DNA from: an uncultured Acidobacteriota bacterium
GTDB taxonomy: Bacteria > Acidobacteriota > Thermoanaerobaculia > Multivoradales > UBA5704
Length of the DNA stretch: 64,000 nt
Direction: 5' to 3'
NCBI GenBank assembly: GCA_963770895.1
Contig: CAVYRF010000002.1
Coordinates: 3,296,001 to 3,360,000 of the forward strand
A program made the translations under genes and the position numbers. How positions within the stretch are numbered: position 1 is the first letter of the stretch; every line of letters begins with the position of its first letter. Below the pieces are notes generated by a model. The model saw only the letters and a program-made list of their open reading frames with translations. It was not told where the DNA came from and searched no databases. This document shows, in pieces, positions 51,835 through 61,440 of the stretch.

Positions 51835-52557
51835 TCACCAAGCCCCTCTGCGGTGGAGCGATGCCCACCGGCCAGTCGCGCCAAGTACGAGATGGTCGAG
51901 CAGCTCGACGCCCATCACATCGGCGGCTTCCTTCATGCGCTTGGTGAAGTGCCAATCCTCAGCGCTGGGCGTTGGATCACCGCTGGGATGGGTGTGAAAG
52001 AGCGCCACACCGGCGGCGCCTCGGAACAGGCATTCCTTCAAGATCTCGCGGGCCTCGACGTAGACCCGGTGCTGGGTGCCCCGGTAAATCTCCTTCTCGC
52101 CGATGAGGCTGTGGCGCAGGTCGAAGAACAGGGCACCGAGGACTTCCTGGTCGCGCTGCTGGTAGCGGAGCGTCAGGTAGCGGGCCAGCTCCGCCGGGCG
52201 GGTCAGCACGTGGTGGTCGGGAATGTACTGGCGCGCCAGGCGCCCGGCCAGCTCGGAGGCGGCGAGAACAACGGCAGCCTGGGTGTCGCGCAGGCCGCAA
52301 TGCCGAAGTAGGGCGAGGGTCAAGGCCGGGATGGCGGGCAGGCCGCCTCGGTCGGCCAGGAGGTGATGCGCCAGGGCCAGAGGCCGGTCACCGCTGCGAC
52401 CGCCACCGATCAGGACGGCGATGACCTCGCAGTCCGAGAGCGATGCGCTGCCCGCCCGCAGGAGCCGTGCCGCCGGCGGCTCCGCGGCGGGCATCGGCAA
52501 CGGGGCAGCCGGTGACGCATCCCGGTCGGCTGTGGTGACGAGTTGGAGGGCGTTCAT
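51835..52557 (-). CDS. radC: RadC-family JAB domain protein
   Basis: LSDCEVIAVLI, QE, HTHPSGDPTPSAED, LLDHLVLG. Confidence 0.92.
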   Translation of the reverse strand: MNALQLVTTADRDASPAAPLPMPAAEPPAARLLRAGSASLSDCEVIAVLIGGGRSGDRPLALAHHLLADRGGLPAIPALTLALLRHCGLRDTQAAVVLAASELAGRLARQYIPDHHVLTRPAELARYLTLRYQQRDQEVLGALFFDLRHSLIGEKEIYRGTQHRVYVEAREILKECLFRGAAGVALFHTHPSGDPTPSAEDWHFTKRMKEAADVMGVELLDHLVLGATGRWASLHRRGAW

Positions 52558-52886
52558 GGGCGTCTCCGCTGCAACCGCTCGTAGAACTCCCGTTGCAGCT
52601 CTTGGTCGGTGACCTGAGCCGACCGTAGCAGCGAGTGGATGGCAGGCCAGAGATCGTCGCCCACAACACATTCGATGGTGCCGAGAATGTCCGTGGCGAC
52701 GTCGTACGCCTTGCGTCCTTCCTGGCGGTCGGCAATGTCGGTAGGCGCCGGCAGTCCGTCGTGGACCTCTTCGAGGAGGTCCGTTACGGCGAGGAGTTGG
52801 GCGGCGGCATCGCTGAGGGCGGTCTGTGCCCTGGCGACCGTCCACGGGATAGGGGAAGAAGAGGTATCTTCGCTACAGCTCGGCAT
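52554..52886 (-). CDS. Hypothetical protein between integrase and radC
   Basis: 110 aa, GGAGGA RBS, ATGA coupling to radC. Confidence 0.6.
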   Translation of the reverse strand: MPSCSEDTSSSPIPWTVARAQTALSDAAAQLLAVTDLLEEVHDGLPAPTDIADRQEGRKAYDVATDILGTIECVVGDDLWPAIHSLLRSAQVTDQELQREFYERLQRRRP

Positions 52887-52991
52887 CGGGAGTCCTCCGG
52901 TGTCCGGGTCAGGCTCCGGCGGGAGCCTTCAACTCTCGCCGGGGCCGTCTGGTTGAGAAATTGGGGCGGCACGATGCCGCCCCGCCGTGCA

Positions 52992-54191
52992 TCAGGACTT
53001 CTTGAAGGGGATCACCTCCGCGGCCGGCTGGCCGTTGAGATCGGCGGCGATCTGGTTGGAGATCCGCGCGGCGGCGGCGCGGCGCGGGTCGTCGTCCAAG
53101 TGCGCGTAACGTGCGGTGGTCGCCGGGTGGCGGTGGCCGAGGATGGCGCCCAGCACCGGCAGCCCGAGATTGGCGGCTACGCCCACGGAGGCAAATCCGT
53201 GGCGAAGGTCATGCAGCCGGACATCCCCCAGCCCGGCCCGCTCGCGGATGCGCGTCCAGGGGCGCTGTAGGCCCACGAAGCGCCCATTCGGCCGGCGGCC
53301 GGGGATGACATAGGGGCTGCCTTCCAAGCGCGGCGCAGCGGCCAGCAGCTCGGCGGGCGCCGGACCGAGCGGGATGGACTTCTTGCCGGTCTTGCTGTCG
53401 GGCAGGTTGAGGGTGCCGGTGGCGAGGTCCACGTCCTGCCAGCGCAGATTGAGGATCTCGTTGCGCCGAGCGCCGGTCAGCAGGAGCAGCCGGATCGCCA
53501 GGACCGCGGCCGGGTCCTCCGAGCCGTCCTGTTCGACCGCGGAGAGCGCTTCGCCGAGCCGGCGAAGCTCGGCACCGGACATAAACCGTTCGCGCTTGCT
53601 CTCGCGAAAGCGGGCGATCCTCGGGCAGGGGTTCGAATGGAGCGGCCGGAGTCCCCACGTCTCGGCCAGGTTGAGCATCTTGCTCACCAAGGCGAGGACG
53701 CGGTTGGCCTGTACCGGCTTCTCCCGCAGGCTGTGGTGCAGGTCGGAGACCTCCTTCAGTCCGACCGCGGCAACCTTCCGCCGCCGGAGCGCCGGCAGGA
53801 CGTAGAGCCGCAAGCTCCGCTCATCGGCTTCGATGCTGGCCGGCTTCTTCTTCGGGCCGGCATGCTCCTCCAGGTAGCGACGGGCGAGGTCGGCGAACGT
53901 CGGCGCGGTCTTCTCGTCGGCCCGCTCGGCCGCCGGGTCCTCGCCGCGCGCTACCCGGCCGAGGATCTCCCGCGCGCGGTCCCGGGCCTGGTCAACGGTG
54001 ACCGGGCCGAACTCGCCCAGCGTCAGCCGGCGGGTCCGGCGCTCCCGCATCCACTCGACGGCGAACCACTGGCGCCCACTGGCCCGCACCCGGACGACGA
54101 AGCCGCGCAGCTCCGTGTCCCACACCTTGACCTCGCCGGCTGCCGGCGGCGGCAGGGAGTCGAGAAGACGTTTGGTGATCTTGGCTCGCAT
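52992..54191 (-). CDS. int: Tyrosine integrase (with arm-binding domain)
   Basis: WDTELRGFVVRV, LTGARRNE, DSKTG, HDLRH, LGH...TTARYAH. Confidence 0.95.
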   Translation of the reverse strand: MRAKITKRLLDSLPPPAAGEVKVWDTELRGFVVRVRASGRQWFAVEWMRERRTRRLTLGEFGPVTVDQARDRAREILGRVARGEDPAAERADEKTAPTFADLARRYLEEHAGPKKKPASIEADERSLRLYVLPALRRRKVAAVGLKEVSDLHHSLREKPVQANRVLALVSKMLNLAETWGLRPLHSNPCPRIARFRESKRERFMSGAELRRLGEALSAVEQDGSEDPAAVLAIRLLLLTGARRNEILNLRWQDVDLATGTLNLPDSKTGKKSIPLGPAPAELLAAAPRLEGSPYVIPGRRPNGRFVGLQRPWTRIRERAGLGDVRLHDLRHGFASVGVAANLGLPVLGAILGHRHPATTARYAHLDDDPRRAAAARISNQIAADLNGQPAAEVIPFKKS

Positions 54192-54207
54192 GGGTCGGGT
54201 CTTTGGC

Positions 54208-54250
54208 TGGGCTGTCGCTGGGATATCCTGGGCTGTCGCTGGGCTGTCGT
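54208..54250 (+). repeat. Three TGGGCTGTCGY repeats, putative arm-type sites (right end)
   Basis: Copies at 54208-54218, 54229-54239 and 54240-54250 match 3180-3201. Confidence 0.75.
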
Positions 54251-54354
54251 GGAACGGGATTCACAGAGTATCACCGGGATGCAGAAAGTCAAGAAACCCC
54301 ATAGAATAAAGGTTTGAGAGCACAACCGGGAACCATGAAAATTCGAGACACCAA

Positions 54355-54369
54355 GACTGAAAATCACGG
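54355..54369 (+). repeat. att core 2: 15-bp copy of tRNA-Phe 3065-3079
   Basis: GACTGAAAATCACGG. Confidence 0.85.
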
Positions 54370-56050
54370 GTCGAGTGGCGCGGGGGAATTTCACCCCCGC
54401 GCTCTCACGGAACCGGACGTGAGGCTCTCGCCTCATCCGGCTCTTACGATCCAGCCTCCGGTTGCGCCCCGAGGGTCCACAGCACGAATAGCGTCGGGTC
54501 GCGCCGAGCGACGAGTCCCAGCCAATGCACCGAGGCCCGTTTTCGGCGTTGCAGCCGTTTGTACTTCCGTCGCGCCCAGGTCGCCAGGGCCTCGTTGAGA
54601 TGGCGAAGGACTTGGAGACACTTCGACCGGTAGAACCGGCCGTAGTAGTTCATCCAGCCCCGCACCGATGGATTGACGAGCCGAGCCAAATCCTCCAGGG
54701 TCTGATTGTTCCTGGTGGACGCCATCCGCCACTGCCGGATGGTGGCGCGGATCGCCGTGGCGGCCTTGGTGCTGATCGCCGGCAGGAAGCTGACGAAAAA
54801 CTCTCCCTGGCGGTTCTTTGCTCGTCGAGGTTGGAAGGTGTAGCCCAGGAAGTCGAACGCTACGTGTTCGTGCTCCCCACGCCGATTGTCGTCTTTGCAG
54901 TAGACGATCCGGGTCTTCACCGGGTGAAGCTCCAGACCGCACCGTTCGAACCGACCCCGGATGGCGTCCAGCACTTCTTCGGCCTGCGACCTGCTCCGGC
55001 AATGGACGATCGCGTCGTCCGCATAGCGTTCGAACTGGACGCTCCGGAAGTTCCATTGCATCCAGGTGTCGAACGCGTAGTGCAGGAAGAGGTTGGCCAG
55101 CAGCGGACTGAGGACTCCGCCCTGCGGCGTGCCCTTCGTGCGCGGCTCCACGGTCCCGTCTCCCCTCTGCACGGAGGCACGAAGCCACCGTGCAACGTAC
55201 AGGCGGACCCATGGGATGTCGGTGTGGTGCGCCACGGCGCGCTCGACGAGATCGTGATCCAGGCTGTCAAAGAACGCCTTGATGTCCAGATCGATAACCC
55301 AGTCGGCGGCCCAGCATCGCCTCCTGGCAGTCTCCACGGCGTCGAGCGCAGACCGACCAGGCCGATAGGCGAACGAGTCGGGATGGAAGCTTGGCTCCAC
55401 CAGCGGCTCGAGCACCATCTTGGTGACCGTCTGAGCAACGCGGTCGGCAACCGTGGGTATGCCGAGGGGGCGCGTGCCCCCGTCTGCCTTCGGAATCTCA
55501 ACGAGCCGCACCGCTGGCGGGAAGTACGACCCCGACGACATTCGATTCCAGATCTTGTACAGGTTGCCCTTCAGATCCTTCTCGAACGCCGTCAACGTCT
55601 CGCCATCGATGCCAGCCGCACCGCGGTTCGCCTTCACCCGCTGGTACGCTTCCCAAACGAGTCGCTTCGGAATCTGGTAAGGCTTTGCCTCAGGCACAGG
55701 CTCCTCCCATTGCTGGTTGACCTAAACCGTTGGCCCGATCGTCGGGCTCCTTCGCTCCACCCGCATTACCAGGCTTCGCCGCTACTACGAGCCCGTCCGC
55801 CCCTTCGCCCCGCATCGGTACTCGACTCCTCGTGGGTCCACCACTTGGAGGTCTCCCTTAGCATCGAGGCGAGAGGTTCCCACGTTCCGCACAAGAGCCT
55901 GCACTGGGCTCACGCCGTCTCCATGCCGGTCGCCGCTCGGGCCGTCGGCAGGCACCCCCCGAGCTTCATCCCGGGCCGCCAACAGGAGCCCGGTTTCGGC
56001 GACATCCCTGAACTTTCGACACCTCGTCAACGGTTCACTCGCGTTCGTCG
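54370..56050 (-). mobile_element. Group II intron copy 2 (class D/IIB), lacking the 5' part of domain I
   Basis: Domains V and VI identical to copy 1; RmInt1-like domain I motifs extend up to GACGAACGCGAGTGAACC; no GUGYG start seen. Confidence 0.9.
54444..55697 (-). CDS. ltrA: Group II intron reverse transcriptase/maturase, no endonuclease domain
   Basis: VKANRGAAGIDG, GIPTVADR, GTPQGG, RYADD, FLGY, RGWMNYYG; 417 aa. Confidence 0.97.
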   Translation of the reverse strand: MPEAKPYQIPKRLVWEAYQRVKANRGAAGIDGETLTAFEKDLKGNLYKIWNRMSSGSYFPPAVRLVEIPKADGGTRPLGIPTVADRVAQTVTKMVLEPLVEPSFHPDSFAYRPGRSALDAVETARRRCWAADWVIDLDIKAFFDSLDHDLVERAVAHHTDIPWVRLYVARWLRASVQRGDGTVEPRTKGTPQGGVLSPLLANLFLHYAFDTWMQWNFRSVQFERYADDAIVHCRSRSQAEEVLDAIRGRFERCGLELHPVKTRIVYCKDDNRRGEHEHVAFDFLGYTFQPRRAKNRQGEFFVSFLPAISTKAATAIRATIRQWRMASTRNNQTLEDLARLVNPSVRGWMNYYGRFYRSKCLQVLRHLNEALATWARRKYKRLQRRKRASVHWLGLVARRDPTLFVLWTLGAQPEAGS

Positions 56051-56217
56051 AGCAGAGCGAGCAGCTCCACCCTGTGGTCGCGAAGCGTCTGCGCGATGTC
56101 GGGCGTCATGCTGGCGCGCGGCCCCCTAACGCGCAGGCTGTCGCCGTCCACCGCGATGGAGAGCCCCATCCGCGCCAACGTCGCGAGCAGCTCGGCCGCG
56201 CTCACGTGATCGTCCAT
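56035..56217 (-). CDS. TubC N-terminal docking-domain-like small protein, abutting the truncated intron
   Basis: LL..L...G..I.VDGDSLRVRGP...T......LR.HR.ELLALL. Confidence 0.6.
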   Translation of the reverse strand: MDDHVSAAELLATLARMGLSIAVDGDSLRVRGPRASMTPDIAQTLRDHRVELLALLDERE

Positions 56218-56615
56218 TCCCCGGTGTCGGCCTCTGCCTCTGTCCCAGCAGTCTCGGTTCGGGCCAGCAGCGCTGCTGGCGCTCCCGTGTCACCCGACAG
56301 CTCGCTCGGTTCCATTGCGTGGTCCGTCTCGGGCCCCTCCCCTCCGGGAGGAACGGGCGAAGGCGTGCGCGAAGTCCTGCCGGACGTAGCCCTTGGCCGT
56401 CCTGGCTCCGTCGCGGAGCGACCTCGACCGTATGCCAAACCAGGCGGCATCCCGCGTGTGGCCGCCAGGCGGCTGACGGCAGCGCGGAGCGTTTCAGCTA
56501 CCGCCGCGCACGATACTCTCAGAGACGAAAAAAACTGGCGGAGGCGGGTGGGCTGGTCGGCCCGCTGGCCAATTCTGCCTCGGGGGGGCACCCCGAGAGC
56601 GACAAGGAGCCACCG

Positions 56616-56795
56616 ATGAGAAAGGCCAACAGGAAGCTTCCGGTCTGCCGTGAGACCCTCCACGCCCTGACCCTCAGCGCGGCGCCCCTGCGGGATGCGG
56701 TTGGCGGCTACCCGACGCAGTCCACGGTGCCAGGCTGCAGCGCCAACTGCACAAAGGTGCTCGCCTGCTCGATCAGGATCAACTGCACCCAGTAA
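56616..56795 (+). CDS. Orphan lanthipeptide-type precursor
   Basis: Leader MRKANRKLPVCRETLHAL...AVGG resembles 27047-27265; core has 4 Cys and several Ser/Thr; AAGGAG RBS. Confidence 0.75.
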   Translation: MRKANRKLPVCRETLHALTLSAAPLRDAVGGYPTQSTVPGCSANCTKVLACSIRINCTQ

Positions 56796-56974
56796 AGCGC
56801 CCTCACGCATCGCTCCGAGGCGGCGGCGACGGGCGACATCGACCACGGTCTCGCCCTCGCGCCGCGATCGTTTCGCCGGTGGGCCGCCGATCACGCCACC
56901 GCGCTTATGGAAGGTCCAACCGCATCGAGTTGACCCTTGCCGCGGTCAGGCACCGGACCATCTTCGCCGAGGGA

Positions 56975-57215
56975 GGCCGAAGTCGCCGTGGGTGACGAAC
57001 TCGACGATTTTGGTGCGCAGGATCGCGTCGGGGTCGATGAGGCGCGTCAGGGAGCCGTCGAGGAAGCTCTGGCGCAAGCTGGTGAGCCGCCAAGCGCCGG
57101 TCTCTTTGAGGGTCGGTGGCCAGTTGCGGTCGAGGTAGCCGGCTCCGATAGATTCGTTGAGGAGGGCGCTGGATTTGAGGGTGCTGAGGACTCTTCCGCA
57201 GAGGGTCTCTCCGCG
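56975..57215 (-). pseudogene. Internal fragment resembling the DUF499 ATPase C-terminal region
   Basis: Manual translation GETLCGRVLSTLKSSALLNESIGAGYLDRNWPPTLKETGAW..TSLRQSFLDGSLTRLIDPD; family recalled from memory. Confidence 0.5.
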
Positions 57216-58047
57216 GCGTGGCTACGCCGCCCGATCGATCTGCACGCGGTGCAAGCGGGCGACTGTCCAGCGTCACGCACTACATCGTGGCGCTCCGGGA
57301 CGGTGGCGACTGGTCGCTCGACAACGGCCAGGGCGTCAGCGCCGGTTGGCCCAACGAGCTGGGGGCGGAGGAGCGCGCCAGAAGGATGGGGGGGTTGCTA
57401 TCACCGCCAAGCACCACAGAGAGCTCGATGAGCGTTTAATTGTCCGGGCACTACGCAATCAACGCCCGATCGACAAAATTGCGAATGCGACTCGAACGCA
57501 CCACACACCCGGGAAAATCAAGCGAAGGATACGAAATCACAGATCACGGCGTTCTGCCGATTCCTCCACACCGCCGGCGCCGCCGGCCGTACCTGCGGCT
57601 CCAATCCCGTCGTCGTCTTTCGCAGTGTGGCGGTCCGGCCAATCGCTGGGGTAGCCTGCTGCGTCTACGCCAGCGCCGTCATGAGCGGCCTGCGTCCCTT
57701 CCCCTCGTCGAGCCCGGCGTGGTGCGGCTCGGCGTCATCCCGATGGACTTCTACAATCGCTACGATCCCTTCCTGCGTGTGCTGCTTGCCGCCAACCCGC
57801 TGCACTCCGGCGACGACGATGCGGCAAGACCCGCCAAGCCGGCAGCACGGCCGGCCACCCCGCCGCCGGCCCGGCCGCGGTAGGCCGGCGGCGGCCGGAC
57901 GGACGCTGTGTGGCATGGCGCCTCGCTGCCGGCGCCCCCGCATCGGCCCCCTCGGATCGGACGCTCGCTCCCTGCCCACCGAGGGCCGCAGCGGCGGGCG
58001 TGCCGAGTCGCAGCACGCCTGCAGCCGGCCTTCGGGGCACGGACCTC

Positions 58048-59133
58048 CTACGGGCAGGGCAGCGCCGCCGTGTCGGCCACGGTCACCGTGGTGGTGCCGT
58101 TGTTGTTGAGGTACCCCTTGTGGTGGCCGGTCTGGGTATCGACCACCTCGACGCCCCAGCCCTGGTTGGTGAGGCCGCCGATGAAGACCCAGAAGCTGTT
58201 GTTGATCGCGCAGGCATCCAGCACCTTGACGCCCATCTCGAAGTTGCTCGAATCGGTGAAGTAGAAGAATACCGACTCGTCGCTCTCTGCGCGCGTACCG
58301 TTGAAGCTCAGCACACTGGCAGAACCGCTGCCGGTGGTCGTGTTGTCGTAGGCCGCGCTCACCTGGAACCGCGAGCTGAGCAGACAACCGCTGCTCGAGG
58401 TCGGCGAGCACGAGGTGGCCACGGAGCAGGTCGAGCCCGAAGGCTCGTCGAGCGGGAATTCCACGAACCCGTTGCTCTCCGGCGCCGAGGCCGTGCCGCC
58501 TCTGGTGAAGGTGCGGATGTCCGCCAGGTGGGTGCCCGAGATCAGGACGATCGACAGGTAGTAGCAGCCGGGGGTATTGGGCGGTGCGTAGGCGATCTCG
58601 CCGGTGTCCACGCTGCCGGTGTCCGTGCCGCCCGTGAGCACTGCGTCGAGGTCGGCCAGCGCCAGCTGGTAGTAGGTGAAGGTGCCGCTGGTGAGGGCAG
58701 GCACCACGGCGGTGGCCCACAGGGCGATCTTGAGGTCGCCGGTGGTGCCGCCCGCGTTGGTGTCGATGATGTCCGATACCTTGACCTCCGCCTGACCATT
58801 TCCCCAGGTGGCACCGATGGCATCGACCAGGTAGAGGCCGGACGCGGCGTCCTTCGGCTGCAGCGAGGTCGAGAGCACCTGGCCCGCGCCGTCGTTCCGC
58901 GCCGCCCGCGCATGCACGGGACCGATCGACACGTATGAGCGCACCGCCGGCAGGGCGCTTGCGGGCGTCGCCGCGCCGCCCCCGGCCTGGCCGAGGTCGG
59001 CGAAGACGACGGCCTCCGGCGGTGGCGCGGCAAAGGCCGCGGTGGCCAGCAGGCCGGCGGCAGTAATGGTGGCGAGCGCCAGCGAACGCGTCCGGCGACG
59101 ATCGATTCTCTGCGACTGCATGGAGTTCGACAT
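58048..59133 (-). CDS. Secreted protein with a conserved C-terminal domain shared with 61441-63327
   Basis: Signal peptide; CL..SRFQV, FFYF...NFEMGVKVLDAC..N..FWVF. Confidence 0.8.
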   Translation of the reverse strand: MSNSMQSQRIDRRRTRSLALATITAAGLLATAAFAAPPPEAVVFADLGQAGGGAATPASALPAVRSYVSIGPVHARAARNDGAGQVLSTSLQPKDAASGLYLVDAIGATWGNGQAEVKVSDIIDTNAGGTTGDLKIALWATAVVPALTSGTFTYYQLALADLDAVLTGGTDTGSVDTGEIAYAPPNTPGCYYLSIVLISGTHLADIRTFTRGGTASAPESNGFVEFPLDEPSGSTCSVATSCSPTSSSGCLLSSRFQVSAAYDNTTTGSGSASVLSFNGTRAESDESVFFYFTDSSNFEMGVKVLDACAINNSFWVFIGGLTNQGWGVEVVDTQTGHHKGYLNNNGTTTVTVADTAALPCP

Positions 59134-59497
59134 ACGCGGTCTCTCCTTTCCGGCCCGGTCGGCATCCAGCCTCCGGGAGGCTGTACCGGATGGCCTGGCC
59201 GACAGATCTCGGCGAAAACTGTGAGAAGGGTGATGCTTAGAGATTGTACCAGAGCTCGACCCCGCGTACAGTCCGGCTGCGGAGCGCCGGTCCCCGGCCG
59301 CCCCGAGCGCTGATCAGCTGCCGGTTCCGTCTCTGTCGGATGAGCCGTACTCGGAAAGGAGGCACCCCTACCCAAGCAACCGCTCAATCCGATGATCTTT
59401 CTACCCGGCTTCTACGGCTCGCAGCTCAACCTGGAGCGACCAAGGATCAGGAACGCGAGCTTGGCCGGCGCGCTCGCATCTTGATCAAGGAGCTGTG

Positions 59498-59800
59498 ATG
59501 AACAAGAAGCATTTCGGCGAGATGCTGGGTTCGCTCGATGAGGCCGTCGAGATCGCCCGCGGAAGCGGACGCCCGGCAGGGCCTACACTCTGAGCAAGCC
59601 GGATGCGCGCGCGATCCGCCGGTCGCTTGGCCTGACGCAGGTGGAGTTTGCCGCGCTCCTCAACATTCCGGTGACCACCATTCAGGGGTATGAGCAGGGG
59701 CGGCGCGCACCCGATGCGCCAGCCCGCACTCTGCTGCGCGTCGCTCTGGCAGCGCCAGAGCTCCTGCGGAGCATCCACGCTGAAAGGAAGGTCGCGAGAG
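59498..59800 (+). pseudogene. HigA-like XRE antitoxin, frameshifted, preceded by a probable toxin C-terminal remnant
   Basis: MNKKHFGEMLGSLDEAVEIARG, then IRRSLGLTQVEFA...YEQGRRAP in another frame; TGATG coupling. Confidence 0.7.
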
Positions 59801-60106
59801 CGGCTGGCTCGCCGGGGCAGCCACGCGGCAAGGCCGAGCCGGCCGGCGCTCAACGCCCAGGCCCTGATCTCCCTGGCGGCCGGGGTGCACAACCGGGCAT
59901 CGGTTGCGCGCCCCCCTATAGCAGATGGCATGCGGTTGGCCGCGGCGCGCAGCGGTTCGTCGGCGCAGAAATGCGTGCTCAGGCGCCGTATCGGCCTCGA
60001 AATCGGGCGCCCACCTGGCCAGGCTGTCGGTGATGGTGGCGATGAGGACGAGCAGAGCTGCGCGCTGGAAGTCTCCGTGCGGGCGGCCAGGTCTGGTGCT
60101 CGCGCC

Positions 60107-60700
60107 TCATGGCACCCGCAGCTCGAAGCCGAGCCAGGCGTCCAGGAAGCGGAGGTCGCCGGCCCCGGTACCGTTCACTGCGTGAGCGGTGACCCCGGTC
60201 TCGAGCGCGGCGCGAGCGGTCACCGGCACCTCGAGGCCCACCCCGGCCTGGTAGCCCCCATGGGTGCTGCCGAGGGCACGGTACAGTCCCACCCCGGCGC
60301 TGGCGAAGGGGCGCCACAGACCGCTCCCGCCGAGGACCTTGACCGCCAGGGCGGCGTCGGTGACCCCCAGGTTGCCGGGCGGGGCCGCCGGCGTTGGGGC
60401 GAAGGCGTGGTAGCCGAGCTCCACTCCAGCCCGGAAGTGCTGGGTGAACGGCCACTCGAGGTCGACTCGGGATTCGAAGCCGGGGGAGTAGGCGTCATGC
60501 ATCTTGGCGACCGGATAGTCGCCGCCCACCGACACCCCCAGAAGGAGCGCATGGGGCGAGCCGAACGCGCCCGCCGCTCCCGAACCGCCAGCGCCGCCCA
60601 CGGCGCCAGAGCCGCCCGCGACCGCGCCGTCGGGGGCGCGGCGGATGCCGGCCAGTTGATAGAAGACGGTCGAAACCACCGGCCCCACGACGTAGGCGTG
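60107..60700 (-). pseudogene. Outer-membrane beta-barrel C-terminal fragment
   Basis: Amphipathic strands RPFASAGVGLY, YQAGVGLEV, LGFELRVP; no credible N-terminus. Confidence 0.55.
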
Positions 60701-61440
60701 CTGGTGGGGATCGTAGTGCTTCGCGTGCGGGTCAACGACTCGCGCGATGAGGTAGACGGTCGTCGAGGGGAACAGATCGCGCTGGGTTCCAGCGCAGATC
60801 GGGCCTTCCTTGTCCGGGCTCTGCAGCGAGTCCCGCCCTGTCGTCGATCGGCCGGCAGTGGGGATGCCCTGACTGCAATCGACGACCCCGGGCTCCCCGA
60901 GGCGATGCCTGACCTCGACATGCGGCGGCTGTGAAAGCGGCGCCACCGCGCAGCGCCTGCCGTCGCGCAGCTCGCCTGGCTCGCATTTGCCGACCAGCCA
61001 GGGGCGGATCGAATCGCCGGTGCGCGTCTTCGGCTCTGGGACCCGCTGGCCCGCAAGGCCCACAGGGACCGCAAGGCGTCTCTGCGCCGGCTGGCGTGCG
61101 AGTGTTCACGGCTTCCCAATGCAGCAGCGCCTGCACGCTTGTCGTCCCCGCCGGAGTCGGCCAGGTGATAGTCGAGGCCTGGGGAGCCGGTGGTGGAGGT
61201 GGTGGCGCCATCACCCCGCCGGTCGATGTAGCCACGGTCATGGTCCTCCCGTCCGTTGCGGCCTGCAGGGCGGTCGCCGTCGCGTTTCTCGGTCTCGCTG
61301 TCGTCGTCGCCGCGACGACCTATGCGGCAAGCCCACTATCCGAGCTCCATGATCTCGGCGTGACGCCGGGCAGGCGGGTTAATTCTCCCAGATGCCCAAT
61401 GGTATCTGGACAGGTGCATTGGTCTACCCCAGCTTGCTTT

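Larger units (their letters stand above)
3064..54369. mobile_element. Composite integrative island in tRNA-Phe
   Basis: tRNA core (T)GACTGAAAATCACGG repeated at 31885-31900 and 54355-54369, each beside a tyrosine integrase; TGGGCTGYCGC repeats at both outer ends. Confidence 0.8.

Noticed and set aside
54444-55697. RT as a retron, DGR or CRISPR-associated RT
   Set aside because: It has a maturase domain and is followed by canonical group II domains V and VI.
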